Source: Planctomycetota bacterium (GTDB lineage: Bacteria; Planctomycetota; UBA11346). From it: a stretch of 64,000 nucleotides of DNA. Location of the stretch: positions 2,671-66,670 of the forward strand of contig JANQLF010000278.1 of the NCBI GenBank assembly GCA_028280785.1, given 5' to 3'. The notes under the pieces were generated by a model. It had not been told where the DNA came from. It ran no database searches and was given only the letters and a program-made list of their open reading frames with translations. The translations under genes were made by a program, and so were the position numbers. Positions 17,278 through 25,947 of this stretch are shown piece by piece (the first letter of the stretch is position 1; every line of letters starts with the position of its first letter).

Positions 17278-19422
17278 ATGAGAAATATTTTTCTTCTAAT
17301 AATATTATTACCATGTTGTCTTTTTGCTGCCGATGAAATTAAAAATGGTGTTGAGCCAATTAAAATGGAGATAAGTCCAACATATGAAAATATTGGTATT
17401 AAATATCGATTTCATGGTGATGCGAATAATAATGTTAGTGGTAAAGTGACTTATCGAAAAAAAGGTGATGCAAAATGGTTAGAAGCACATTATCCAGTTA
17501 AAATACAAATAAATTACGGTCGAGGAAATACGAAACCATATGAGACTATGGCCACTTCAGTGATGTTTTTAAATGAAAATACTGAATATGAAGTTAACTT
17601 TGAAATTATAGATCCCGATGGCGTGACTAAGCAGTTGCCTAGCCAAACAGTAAAAACATTGAATTCAAAAGTTAATACTGGAACAGGTAAAATATATTAT
17701 ATCAACAATGATGCCGCTGAACATGGAGATGGTAGTAAAGAGAAACCATTTAATAATTTTAAAGCAATTAAATCATTGCAACCTGGTGATGTTCTTGAAT
17801 TAGTAAAAGGTACGCATCACCTTAGTTACTTAGATCAAATCACTCTCGAAGGTACTGAAGATGCCTATATTACTATACGTGGTTCTGACGGTGTAATTTT
17901 AACAGACGCTGATCCGAAAATAAGCGGTGTTGGTAAGTTACCATATGAATTACATAAAAAAGATGTAGATGGCCGCCAGATTTATAAGGCGGATGTACAA
18001 AATACGATAATGATGGCTGTACGAAAAAAGACCGGCAATCCTTCGACAAGCTATATATTTTGGGGTTTTACTACAAAGCAGAGTATATTTTGGGGTAAGG
18101 ATAAACGAGCAGGACCACATCGTGGCGCAACTTTAGAACATCTCGAACAAAACACTACGAATATGAATGAATACGGCGCATTTATACAGGATGGAGATAC
18201 ACTTTATTTTACGGTCCCTGATGGCATAGATATTAAGTTAGCTGATTTACAAATTTCCCGCCGTTATAAGGATAAAAATGGTAGCAGTTTTGTTCCTGGA
18301 GGATTACGGGTAGTAGGTAAATATGTAGTAATTGAGAACATTACTATGGAAAATCGCGTATCCATAAACTGCCGTGATTTCAGTAAAACAAAACCGTCAT
18401 CTAATATTATTGTAAGAAATATGCAAATGTATGGTAAAGTCGCTGATTATTATGGTGGTTTTGCAATAGCTAAAGATTCTTTAGTTGAGAATTGTTTAGC
18501 ACAACATAATTCGTATTGGGACTGGTATAGTTCAAAGCCGGCTCGTGTTGAAGGTAAAGGAAATAACCGACCGTATCCATGGTTTAAAATTAAAGACAAC
18601 CCAATGAATGATAGTTCAGTATTTAAGTATATGAGTGATGTGACTATACGCGATTGTACATTTATAAATCAATCAAATGCGTTACCAACATTTACGGCAA
18701 AAGATATTCCTGAAAAAGGAAATATTGATGTCTATAGAAATTATTTTCTTCGTACTGGTGATGACTGTATAGAACCTGATGGTGCTGGTATCAATATGCG
18801 TGTCTATGATAATAAAATGGAAGAGTTTCATAATGGTTTCAGTGATGCACCAGTTCATACTGGTCCTGCTTTTATCGTTCGTAATCAGTTTATAAAATTT
18901 CACCAAGCAGCTATAAAAATACGTAATGGTGCGCGCGGTTGGACTTTTTACTATCATAATGTTTGTGTACCAGAAACCGATACTAGTACTGCTGCAGATG
19001 GTAAAGGAAATGGAAAGTTTGCTTTTTGTCCGGATAGTGAAGGTGTAAAGAATATGGTAATGCGTAACAATATTTTCCATGCCAATGTAAATGCATATAC
19101 TTTACAAAATGCTCGTATGAAAATTGAAAAACACGTGACACTTGATTTAGACTATAATCTTTATTTTCCTTATATGAATAAATGGAAAATTATGTTCGAA
19201 GAAGAAAATGGGGTTCAAGAAAAACCGGTATATGTCGATGAAGAGAAAGGCGATTATCGCATAGGGAAGGAAGCAACGCAGCAAATTGATAAAGGTGAGA
19301 TCATTATAGGAATTAATGATCAAGTTCCTGCAACATATCAATTTAAGGGGGCTAAACCTGATATCGGTTTACTTGAGTTTGGTGTTGAAGCTCCTTACTA
19401 TGGAAGAAAAGCCAGTGAATAG
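17278..19422 (+). CDS. Secreted right-handed beta-helix (pectate-lyase-fold) protein, in a visibly AT-rich gene
   Basis: It has the SD aagggaggg, a signal peptide, and the cap motif GSKEKPFNNFKAIKSLQPGDVLELVKGTH, which is typical of parallel beta-helix carbohydrate-active proteins. GDDCIEPDG and repeated N-x-x turns follow. Codon third positions are strongly A/T compared with the neighbours. Confidence 0.7.
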   Translation: MRNIFLLIILLPCCLFAADEIKNGVEPIKMEISPTYENIGIKYRFHGDANNNVSGKVTYRKKGDAKWLEAHYPVKIQINYGRGNTKPYETMATSVMFLNENTEYEVNFEIIDPDGVTKQLPSQTVKTLNSKVNTGTGKIYYINNDAAEHGDGSKEKPFNNFKAIKSLQPGDVLELVKGTHHLSYLDQITLEGTEDAYITIRGSDGVILTDADPKISGVGKLPYELHKKDVDGRQIYKADVQNTIMMAVRKKTGNPSTSYIFWGFTTKQSIFWGKDKRAGPHRGATLEHLEQNTTNMNEYGAFIQDGDTLYFTVPDGIDIKLADLQISRRYKDKNGSSFVPGGLRVVGKYVVIENITMENRVSINCRDFSKTKPSSNIIVRNMQMYGKVADYYGGFAIAKDSLVENCLAQHNSYWDWYSSKPARVEGKGNNRPYPWFKIKDNPMNDSSVFKYMSDVTIRDCTFINQSNALPTFTAKDIPEKGNIDVYRNYFLRTGDDCIEPDGAGINMRVYDNKMEEFHNGFSDAPVHTGPAFIVRNQFIKFHQAAIKIRNGARGWTFYYHNVCVPETDTSTAADGKGNGKFAFCPDSEGVKNMVMRNNIFHANVNAYTLQNARMKIEKHVTLDLDYNLYFPYMNKWKIMFEEENGVQEKPVYVDEEKGDYRIGKEATQQIDKGEIIIGINDQVPATYQFKGAKPDIGLLEFGVEAPYYGRKASE

Positions 19423-19498
19423 AAGCTGATGCGCGAAGCCAAAGCACGATACTTAGTACTTGGTGTCAAAGAAAACCCTTGGCATACTTTTGTCTAAG

Positions 19499-20125
19499 AT
19501 GTGTTTACGCTTTTTGCTCTTAGTGGTACTCATGCTCTCCTTGTCGAGCTGCCTTAATCAAGCGATTAATGTTGCGCGATCTCCTGGAGCCGTGGCTAAT
19601 GCTGTTGTTGCAGATACAGCCCAAGGCATTGTCGGTGACGATTTAGGAACCTTATTTTCAGAATCAAAAACATCTGAACATATCGAACAAGCATTGCGAG
19701 ATAATCCAGATGCTTTAAATGGCCAAGAGTTGCGCAAATTACGTGAAGAAATGGATTCACATAACATGGGCGCGAATGGACAGGGTGGCGTTTCTTCGGG
19801 AACTGGTCGCCAGAAATATTATGATCGTCGGGCAGGAGCAGAATTTACTGGTACCCGCTATCGAGTCGATCATCAAACAGGAATGGTTTACGATACTCAT
19901 GAATATGGAATTTTAAACGCTCCGCGTGTTCCTTTAGAAAATGAACTTCCCGCTGATAGGCTATTACGCAGTCGAGATGATTGGCGCTTTGGTTTACCAA
20001 AACAAACTAATTTGCGAGTGCATAAAACCAAGCAGGTTAAATATATTAAGCCATATCAACCGAAGATAATGAGCGCCGAAGAATTTATGAATAAAAAAGG
20101 TATTGAGTTACCTAAGAAGGATTAA
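19499..20125 (+). CDS. Lipoprotein, unknown function
   Basis: ATG 19499 gives MCLRFLLLVVLMLSLSSC, a signal peptide with a lipobox. The track start at 19460 is a TTG. Confidence 0.5.
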   Translation: MCLRFLLLVVLMLSLSSCLNQAINVARSPGAVANAVVADTAQGIVGDDLGTLFSESKTSEHIEQALRDNPDALNGQELRKLREEMDSHNMGANGQGGVSSGTGRQKYYDRRAGAEFTGTRYRVDHQTGMVYDTHEYGILNAPRVPLENELPADRLLRSRDDWRFGLPKQTNLRVHKTKQVKYIKPYQPKIMSAEEFMNKKGIELPKKD

Positions 20126-20633
20126 TTTCTTCTGGGGTGTGAACAGTGAAGATACTTTCTAGATTTTTAGATACGATATCTTCTTCTTCTGGTGTCATTT
20201 TTGGGTCTTTAATTTTATAACAGTTCTTATCGCTGCGATCTTGCAATAATATAAAGTCTTCATTCTCTTCATGAGCAATGTCTAAATAACGCAGCTTCTT
20301 AAGGCGCATTAACAGCAATCCAAGGCAGTAAAGAAAACATTGTTCATGCCGTGAATTTGTTTGCTTCATATCATTAAAGATACCAAGTAAAACAGTCGCA
20401 TTAAGCAATTGCTGTTTATGTTCATCCTTATTAACAGGAAGATCTTGTCGCCACCAGCTAATTACTTTTTCTTTATCTACGTTATCCCATTCTTCTGCTT
20501 TAAAATCTCTTCTGATAAATTCTCCGTTTTCGAAGTGAAGAGTCGAGTAAAACGTTTCACCAGGTTTAATTTCCTCTTCGCTTTGAGAAGAGATGAGATA
20601 TGGCTTATGAACCTTTTCCTGCCAATTAATCAT
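20112..20633 (-). CDS. Hypothetical protein co-transcribed with proC
   Basis: Its start overlaps the proC stop by 4 nt. I recognise no family. Confidence 0.5.
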   Translation of the reverse strand: MINWQEKVHKPYLISSQSEEEIKPGETFYSTLHFENGEFIRRDFKAEEWDNVDKEKVISWWRQDLPVNKDEHKQQLLNATVLLGIFNDMKQTNSRHEQCFLYCLGLLLMRLKKLRYLDIAHEENEDFILLQDRSDKNCYKIKDPKMTPEEEDIVSKNLESIFTVHTPEEINPS

Positions 20634-21436
20634 GCTTGCTCCGCCAATTCCTTACCTCGTTGTTCTGCTGCTGCTAATGCTTGTTGGCACATATCAATAA
20701 AATCTTTAGATTTAAAAACATCTAAGGCCGCAGCGGTTGTGCCACCTTTACTGGTTACTTGTTCGCGTAATTGTGCAGCAGGAAAGCCTTCTTGCTGACA
20801 TAAATAGTTAACCGACCCTTGAGCGGTTTGACTCACGAGCAATTGTGCTTCTTCAGTAGAAAAGCCAATGGATTCGGCTGCCGCTTGAAGTGCTTCGCAA
20901 AAATGGAAAAAGTAAGCAGGGCCCGAACCAGAAACGGCAGTTAACGCATTCATCTTTGATTCATCAATTTCTAGTGTTTTACCAGAAATACCAAAAATAT
21001 CCTTAGTAGAAGAGATATCTTTTTCGTCAGCATGGGTGCCGCGGGCCATACCAATCATACCCTGTCCAATCATCATTGGTGTGTTGGGCATAGTGCGTAC
21101 GACATGAACCTGATCAGGCAAAGCAGCTTCAATTTGTTTAATGGTAACACCGGCTAAAATAGAAATGACAAGCTGACCGTTTAAAGCCGCAGCTAATTCT
21201 GCCATTATATCGCCAAAATTTTGAGGTTTAACCGCTAAGACAATGACATCACTGTGCTGACAAAGGTTTGTAATATCAGCATAGGTTTGGCGATTGAGGT
21301 TTTTATGCTTATCGCGAACAAGCTCTACTGCATCACAAACATGAATACCAATATCTTGATAGGCTTTTTCGAGGCCACCGATAATAGCCGAAGCCATATT
21401 TCCACCGCCAATAAAGCCTATGTTTTGTGCTTCCAT
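20630..21436 (-). CDS. proC: Pyrroline-5-carboxylate reductase
   Basis: The N-terminal IGFIGGGNMASAIIGGL is a Rossmann motif. The C-terminal SKGGTTAAAL motif is typical of P5CR dimerisation domains. Confidence 0.9.
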   Translation of the reverse strand: MEAQNIGFIGGGNMASAIIGGLEKAYQDIGIHVCDAVELVRDKHKNLNRQTYADITNLCQHSDVIVLAVKPQNFGDIMAELAAALNGQLVISILAGVTIKQIEAALPDQVHVVRTMPNTPMMIGQGMIGMARGTHADEKDISSTKDIFGISGKTLEIDESKMNALTAVSGSGPAYFFHFCEALQAAAESIGFSTEEAQLLVSQTAQGSVNYLCQQEGFPAAQLREQVTSKGGTTAAALDVFKSKDFIDMCQQALAAAEQRGKELAEQA

Positions 21437-22608
21437 TACTTAGTGCCGTCCATTTTGTAGGAATGTACTTCCGTTGTTTCATCAGCAAGCACTACCTGAT
21501 TGCGGCCATTTTCTTTGGCATAGTACAACGCAGCATCAGCACGGCCGATAATCGAATCAGCATTATCGGTGGGGCGCACATCAGTAACCCCAACACTGAC
21601 AGTTACTTCACAGGGTAGATCGGCAAGTGTAGCAATTTTAGCACGAATTCGTTCAGCAACGTCACGACCACTCACCGCACTTGCGCGTGGTAATAATAAT
21701 AAGAATTCTTCACCACCGTATCGACAGGCTATATCGCCAGTCCGTAGCGTTTTATTCAGAACGCCACCAACCGTTTTTAAAACCAAATCACCGGTTTGAT
21801 GACCATGATTATCATTAATATTCTTAAAGTAGTCTATATCGACCATGGCAATACAGGCAGTTTCTCGACTTTTGATTAATTCTTCTAAGCGTTCAATGCC
21901 ATACCAACGACGGGTAACGGTAGTTAATGGATCTGTACGTCCAAGTTCTTGTAAACGATTATATAATTTTACACGACGCAGTGATAAGACCAACTGACCA
22001 CGTAGCACATCAGCGATATAACGTTGATCACTAATACTACGATTTGCAATTGTTGGTTGCGGTTTGGCATTGCGTAAAATAACTGCAGCCTGTCCATCAA
22101 CACCAGGACTAAGATCGAGAATTAATTCTTTTTGTTTAGTATCAGGTAACTGGACTGGGCCTGTTAACATCGGTTCATCACCAAAAGCTTCACCACCGAG
22201 GCTTGTCCAAACACCGCGCTCCCAAACAAATAAATCTAATCCAGCAGAGGACCAATAAATTTGTAATGTTGCCATGAATCGTTCACGCGCATCGTTTTCA
22301 TCGGATAAACCGACCAATTCAGTTGAAGCTTCGAATACAGTACTTTGTAATGTTCGCGCTGATTCGAGAATGCTCAGCTCTTCTAAAATTTGTTCACGCT
22401 TTAACGCTAATAACTTAGGGTCATCGGCGACGCGATGGGTAATGGTTTCAAATGCAGATTTATCTTTGGTATAGGTGCAAAAATGAGCTAAAGGAATAAT
22501 GATAAAACAAAGAATACTTGTAGCGAGGTCTTGATAAACGTAAAACGCTGCGCCAGCAATGATAATTCCAACGACTACAGATAAAGAAAAGGATTTGAAG
22601 CTACTCAT
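21436..22608 (-). CDS. Membrane-anchored diguanylate cyclase (GGDEF) with an I-site
   Basis: The active site is RYGGEEF, preceded by RTGD at the canonical RxxD I-site spacing. There are N-terminal TM helices. ATG 22608 gives an 8-nt overlap with the upstream stop. Confidence 0.88.
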   Translation of the reverse strand: MSSFKSFSLSVVVGIIIAGAAFYVYQDLATSILCFIIIPLAHFCTYTKDKSAFETITHRVADDPKLLALKREQILEELSILESARTLQSTVFEASTELVGLSDENDARERFMATLQIYWSSAGLDLFVWERGVWTSLGGEAFGDEPMLTGPVQLPDTKQKELILDLSPGVDGQAAVILRNAKPQPTIANRSISDQRYIADVLRGQLVLSLRRVKLYNRLQELGRTDPLTTVTRRWYGIERLEELIKSRETACIAMVDIDYFKNINDNHGHQTGDLVLKTVGGVLNKTLRTGDIACRYGGEEFLLLLPRASAVSGRDVAERIRAKIATLADLPCEVTVSVGVTDVRPTDNADSIIGRADAALYYAKENGRNQVVLADETTEVHSYKMDGTK

Positions 22609-23932
22609 GTGGCGCCTCAATAACTTGATCACGTCCACTTTCTTTAGCTTGATAACAAGCTTTATCCGCACGTTTAATTAAATCTTCTTCGCCATCATTT
22701 TCTAGCAAAATGCTCCAACCGATACTCGCTGTAAGTTGTGCATCTACTTCGAGGTTTGTATTGCGTATAGATTGATGAATCGAATTAGCGAAACGTTCGA
22801 TATCTTCTTTGCTATCAGCAACCAAAAAGGAAGAAAATTCTTCGCCGCCAAAACGACAGGCGACGCCACCTTCAGGCAATTGTGCATTAATGCTATTGGC
22901 AATAGCTTTGAGCGCAGCATCACCAGCAAGGTGTCCAAATTCATCATTGAATTTTTTCAGGTGGTCCATGTCGCACATGACCAAACCAAGAACACTCTTG
23001 TTACGTCGACACAATGCAATTTGCTCATCTAAACGACGTTCGTATTCATGACGACCATATAAACCGGTGAGATCATCGTGGAGTGCTAATTCTCGTGCCT
23101 GGGCCATTAAGTTAACAGCAGCGAGGGTTAATCCGGCTAAGCGGCCGAGGGCGCGTAAAATATCAATAATTAATTCATCATTAATACCGTGGCTCTTAAA
23201 ACTAATATATAAAACACCATTAACACCTGGCCCTAAGCGCGATACTTCTTGGCGCCGCTCTCCGCGCATAGGAATATAAATATTATTGAGTGGGCCGTCA
23301 CGTAAAACCAGCATGCGCGATTCGGTAATACCAAAAATCTCATTTTTACCAACGCTTAGATTAATGGACTCTTGCTTTGCATTTATCGCATAAGCGCAGG
23401 AAATTTTATCACCCTTACCATAAAAGACGCCGATTTGTTCAAAACTCGGGACAATTTTAATCGATTGTTCGCAGAGCATCGAAGCCAATTGGCCCAGTTC
23501 TTGTGCACTGGAAAATAAGGTACACGAATCAAGTAAAACCGGATAACGACTGATATGCTGTTGTAGAATTTCTTGTTGGAATTCAGCATCACGTAATTCA
23601 TTGCGCAAGGGACGCAGTTTTTCGGGGAGGCTGCTGTCAGGTGTAAAAAGAATGTCGAGCAAGACCGCGACAACACCGATGATGATGCATGCTACGGCTA
23701 TTCCGATGCCACTGGGTAAATGAATGGCAGTAAATAACAAAACAACTGGAGCGCCCGGAATTCGCAAAATGATTCCGACAATGGCCCACATAACACAGAG
23801 CGATGCAGCTACCAATGGCCCAGGTCCGAGCGTGCTCAAGCCAAGCGCACTGATCAGCGCACCACAGCATAAAAATGCAAAAGCACGGAGGACATGCTGC
23901 GTTTGAAAACGTTGTGCTAATATCTGCTTCAA
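22601..23932 (-). CDS. Membrane diguanylate cyclase (GGDEF) with a GAF-like sensor region, no I-site
   Basis: The active site is RFGGEEF. PEGG occupies the RxxD position. The N-terminus has multiple TM helices. Confidence 0.88.
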   Translation of the reverse strand: MKQILAQRFQTQHVLRAFAFLCCGALISALGLSTLGPGPLVAASLCVMWAIVGIILRIPGAPVVLLFTAIHLPSGIGIAVACIIIGVVAVLLDILFTPDSSLPEKLRPLRNELRDAEFQQEILQQHISRYPVLLDSCTLFSSAQELGQLASMLCEQSIKIVPSFEQIGVFYGKGDKISCAYAINAKQESINLSVGKNEIFGITESRMLVLRDGPLNNIYIPMRGERRQEVSRLGPGVNGVLYISFKSHGINDELIIDILRALGRLAGLTLAAVNLMAQARELALHDDLTGLYGRHEYERRLDEQIALCRRNKSVLGLVMCDMDHLKKFNDEFGHLAGDAALKAIANSINAQLPEGGVACRFGGEEFSSFLVADSKEDIERFANSIHQSIRNTNLEVDAQLTASIGWSILLENDGEEDLIKRADKACYQAKESGRDQVIEAPHE

Positions 23933-24036
23933 ATAGAGCCTCTTATAGTAATTTCATACCAAAATTGCAGAAGATCGCCAGTCTGGATGATAGACAGCAC
24001 TGGTAAATAGTGCATACGGCGGTAGATATAGCCAGC

Positions 24037-24621
24037 ATGAGCCGATCAGCGACGATCACCCGTGAAACAAAAGAAACACAAATAACAGCCACTTGGGACC
24101 TCGACCAAGCTGGCACGATGGATATTTCCACCGGCATTGGTTTCTTGGACCACATGTTGGAAGCACTGTGCAAACACAGTGGCACCAGCCTGAGTCTGAA
24201 ATGCGAAGGCGATTTACACATCGATGGTCACCACACCACCGAGGACTGTGGAATTGTGCTTGGTCAATGTTTGCGTGAAGCACTTGGCGATCGTGCCGGC
24301 GTAGAACGTTTTGGCCACATGGCTGTGCCATTGGATGAAGCGCTGGTCAATGCGACTATCGACTTTTCAGGTCGTGCCTATTTGGCTTACGATATCCAAG
24401 TTAGTGCACCAATGCTTGGCACTTGGGATACCGAATTAATTCCAGAGTTCTTTGGCGGTCTTGTTGAAAATGCAAAGTGCTGTTTGCACCTACACCAAGT
24501 CTGTGGTCGCAACGCGCACCACATTGTTGAAGCAGCATTTAAAGCGACTGCGCGCGCGATTCGCCAAGCGATCAAAGTTACTGGTACGGACATTCCATCG
24601 ACTAAAGGCACTTTGGCTTAG
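24037..24621 (+). CDS. hisB: Imidazoleglycerol-phosphate dehydratase
   Basis: RETKETQI, IGFLDHML, GDLHIDGHHTTED and HHIVEAAFKA are the IGPD signature histidine clusters. ATG 24037 is preferred to the GTG at 24010. Confidence 0.93.
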   Translation: MSRSATITRETKETQITATWDLDQAGTMDISTGIGFLDHMLEALCKHSGTSLSLKCEGDLHIDGHHTTEDCGIVLGQCLREALGDRAGVERFGHMAVPLDEALVNATIDFSGRAYLAYDIQVSAPMLGTWDTELIPEFFGGLVENAKCCLHLHQVCGRNAHHIVEAAFKATARAIRQAIKVTGTDIPSTKGTLA

Positions 24622-24628
24622 TTTTTCT

Positions 24629-24796
24629 GAACCACAGATTAATACAAATAGTATTATGGTGACGCATTCTTTCCCTGGGCACGCGGGCACCCTTGCCCAC
24701 ACAGAGACGTATATGCGGGCAGGGGTGCCCGCGTGCCCAGGAATTACACAACGTTAAACATTTATTTATGTTTATCTGTGTCCATCTGTGGTTCTA
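24629..24796. repeat. Intergenic nested-palindrome repeat, family 1, copy A
   Basis: The outer inverted repeat is gaaccacagat (24629-24639) with atctgtggttc (24784-24794). The inner perfect 19-bp stem is cctgggcacgcgggcaccc (24674-24692) with gggtgcccgcgtgcccagg (24723-24741). The right flank gtgtccatctgtggttcta is the reverse complement of 38541-38559. Confidence 0.8.
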
Positions 24797-24798
24797 AA

Positions 24799-25518
24799 CT
24801 ATTCAAACTTTCTTTTTTCATACTGCGCCAACATTCCACGTAATAGATCACAGTCTTTTTCAGTAAGCGGCATGCGCTGAAATAAACGCTGAAAATGTTT
24901 GCGGCGCCAGGCTTCTTTATGTTCCGGTAAATAACCAACTCTGTCCAAGCTGTTAATCCAATAATCAAACAATTGTTGGCGTTTTGCTTGATCGGCTAAG
25001 CCGACATCATTATCGCTCGAATTATTTTGGCTAAGTGCCTGTTTAACTTGATAGAGACAAATTGCCATGGCATGAGTTAAATTGTACGAGTAATAATCAC
25101 TAAATGTATCAAGCGTTAAAAAATGCTGACAGCAAGCGAGCTCTTCATTATTTAAACCGTCGGCTTCATTGCCAAAAACAATCGCAACATGCTTTGCTTG
25201 CCACTCGTTTAGAGCAGCACCAATATCTTGCGCAGCAATAATATTACCCCAATCAGCGTCGCGTTGGCGTGCGGTGGTACCAATAACCAAATCGCAATCT
25301 GCAACGGCTTCTTCTAAACTCGAATAAACAGGAAGATTTAATAAGGTATCGCGCGCTTTATTGGCAAACATTCGCGCCTCTTTGACATCACGTTCGCATT
25401 GTGGATTAACCAAAACAAAATCGTCGATTCCTAAATTAGCACAGAGGCGACAACTAAGACCTAAATTTACTGGGCCCTGCGTACGCACGAGGACAACACG
25501 TATTGCTGTAGATGGCAT
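24799..25518 (-). CDS. SpoU/TrmH-family RNA 2'-O-methyltransferase (TrmJ-like)
   Basis: IRVVLVRTQGPVNLGLSCRLCANLG, VIGTTARQR, VAIVFGNEADGLNNEEL and SYNLTHAMAI align with my recollection of E. coli TrmJ. ATG 25518 was chosen. Confidence 0.75.
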   Translation of the reverse strand: MPSTAIRVVLVRTQGPVNLGLSCRLCANLGIDDFVLVNPQCERDVKEARMFANKARDTLLNLPVYSSLEEAVADCDLVIGTTARQRDADWGNIIAAQDIGAALNEWQAKHVAIVFGNEADGLNNEELACCQHFLTLDTFSDYYSYNLTHAMAICLYQVKQALSQNNSSDNDVGLADQAKRQQLFDYWINSLDRVGYLPEHKEAWRRKHFQRLFQRMPLTEKDCDLLRGMLAQYEKRKFE

Positions 25519-25570
25519 GGCCCTACTCTGTAGATGTCTACACAATTCCAAGTTTGATCGGGGTCAAGCA

Positions 25571-25855
25571 ATGAGCGATAACATCATTCAATTTCCAGGC
25601 ACAACACCATCCGATTCAGACAAAAACGAAGATCAACAAATACCGGCATTTGGCTTACCGAATATGAGCGCCGACCAAGAGAAGGCCTTGCAGGTAATTC
25701 TCAGCGGTATGAGCTTTGTGTGTGTCGGAATAAAACCGACAGATAGCGGCGCTGATTTTTTTACTGCAGTTGACGGTGAAGAAGAAGAATTGCGCAATGC
25801 GTTACCGCATTTAGACGGAGTCATTGAACGCGCTTATGCGCGCAAAGGCATTTAA
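25571..25855 (+). CDS. Small hypothetical protein (94 aa)
   Basis: The ORF runs from ATG 25571 (MSDNIIQFPG...). The longer track ORF would be antisense to the methyltransferase gene. Confidence 0.4.
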   Translation: MSDNIIQFPGTTPSDSDKNEDQQIPAFGLPNMSADQEKALQVILSGMSFVCVGIKPTDSGADFFTAVDGEEEELRNALPHLDGVIERAYARKGI

Positions 25856-25947
25856 ACAGAGAAAACGGCAGTATTTGCGCAGATTCTGAGGCTGGCATAA
25901 AGCGGAAGCATGATTAGCCTGCGCCCCGCATTTAACAAAGGTAGTAC

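Noticed and set aside
24452-24757. ORFs 24452-24757 (+) and 24490-24702 (-) spanning the hisB 3' end and the palindromic repeat
   Set aside because: Mirror-image ORFs across a perfect 19-bp inverted repeat are an artefact of the palindrome.
25856-25947. Lysine riboswitch upstream of lysC
   Set aside because: The leader is only about 90 nt, too short for an L-box. I saw none of its conserved helices.
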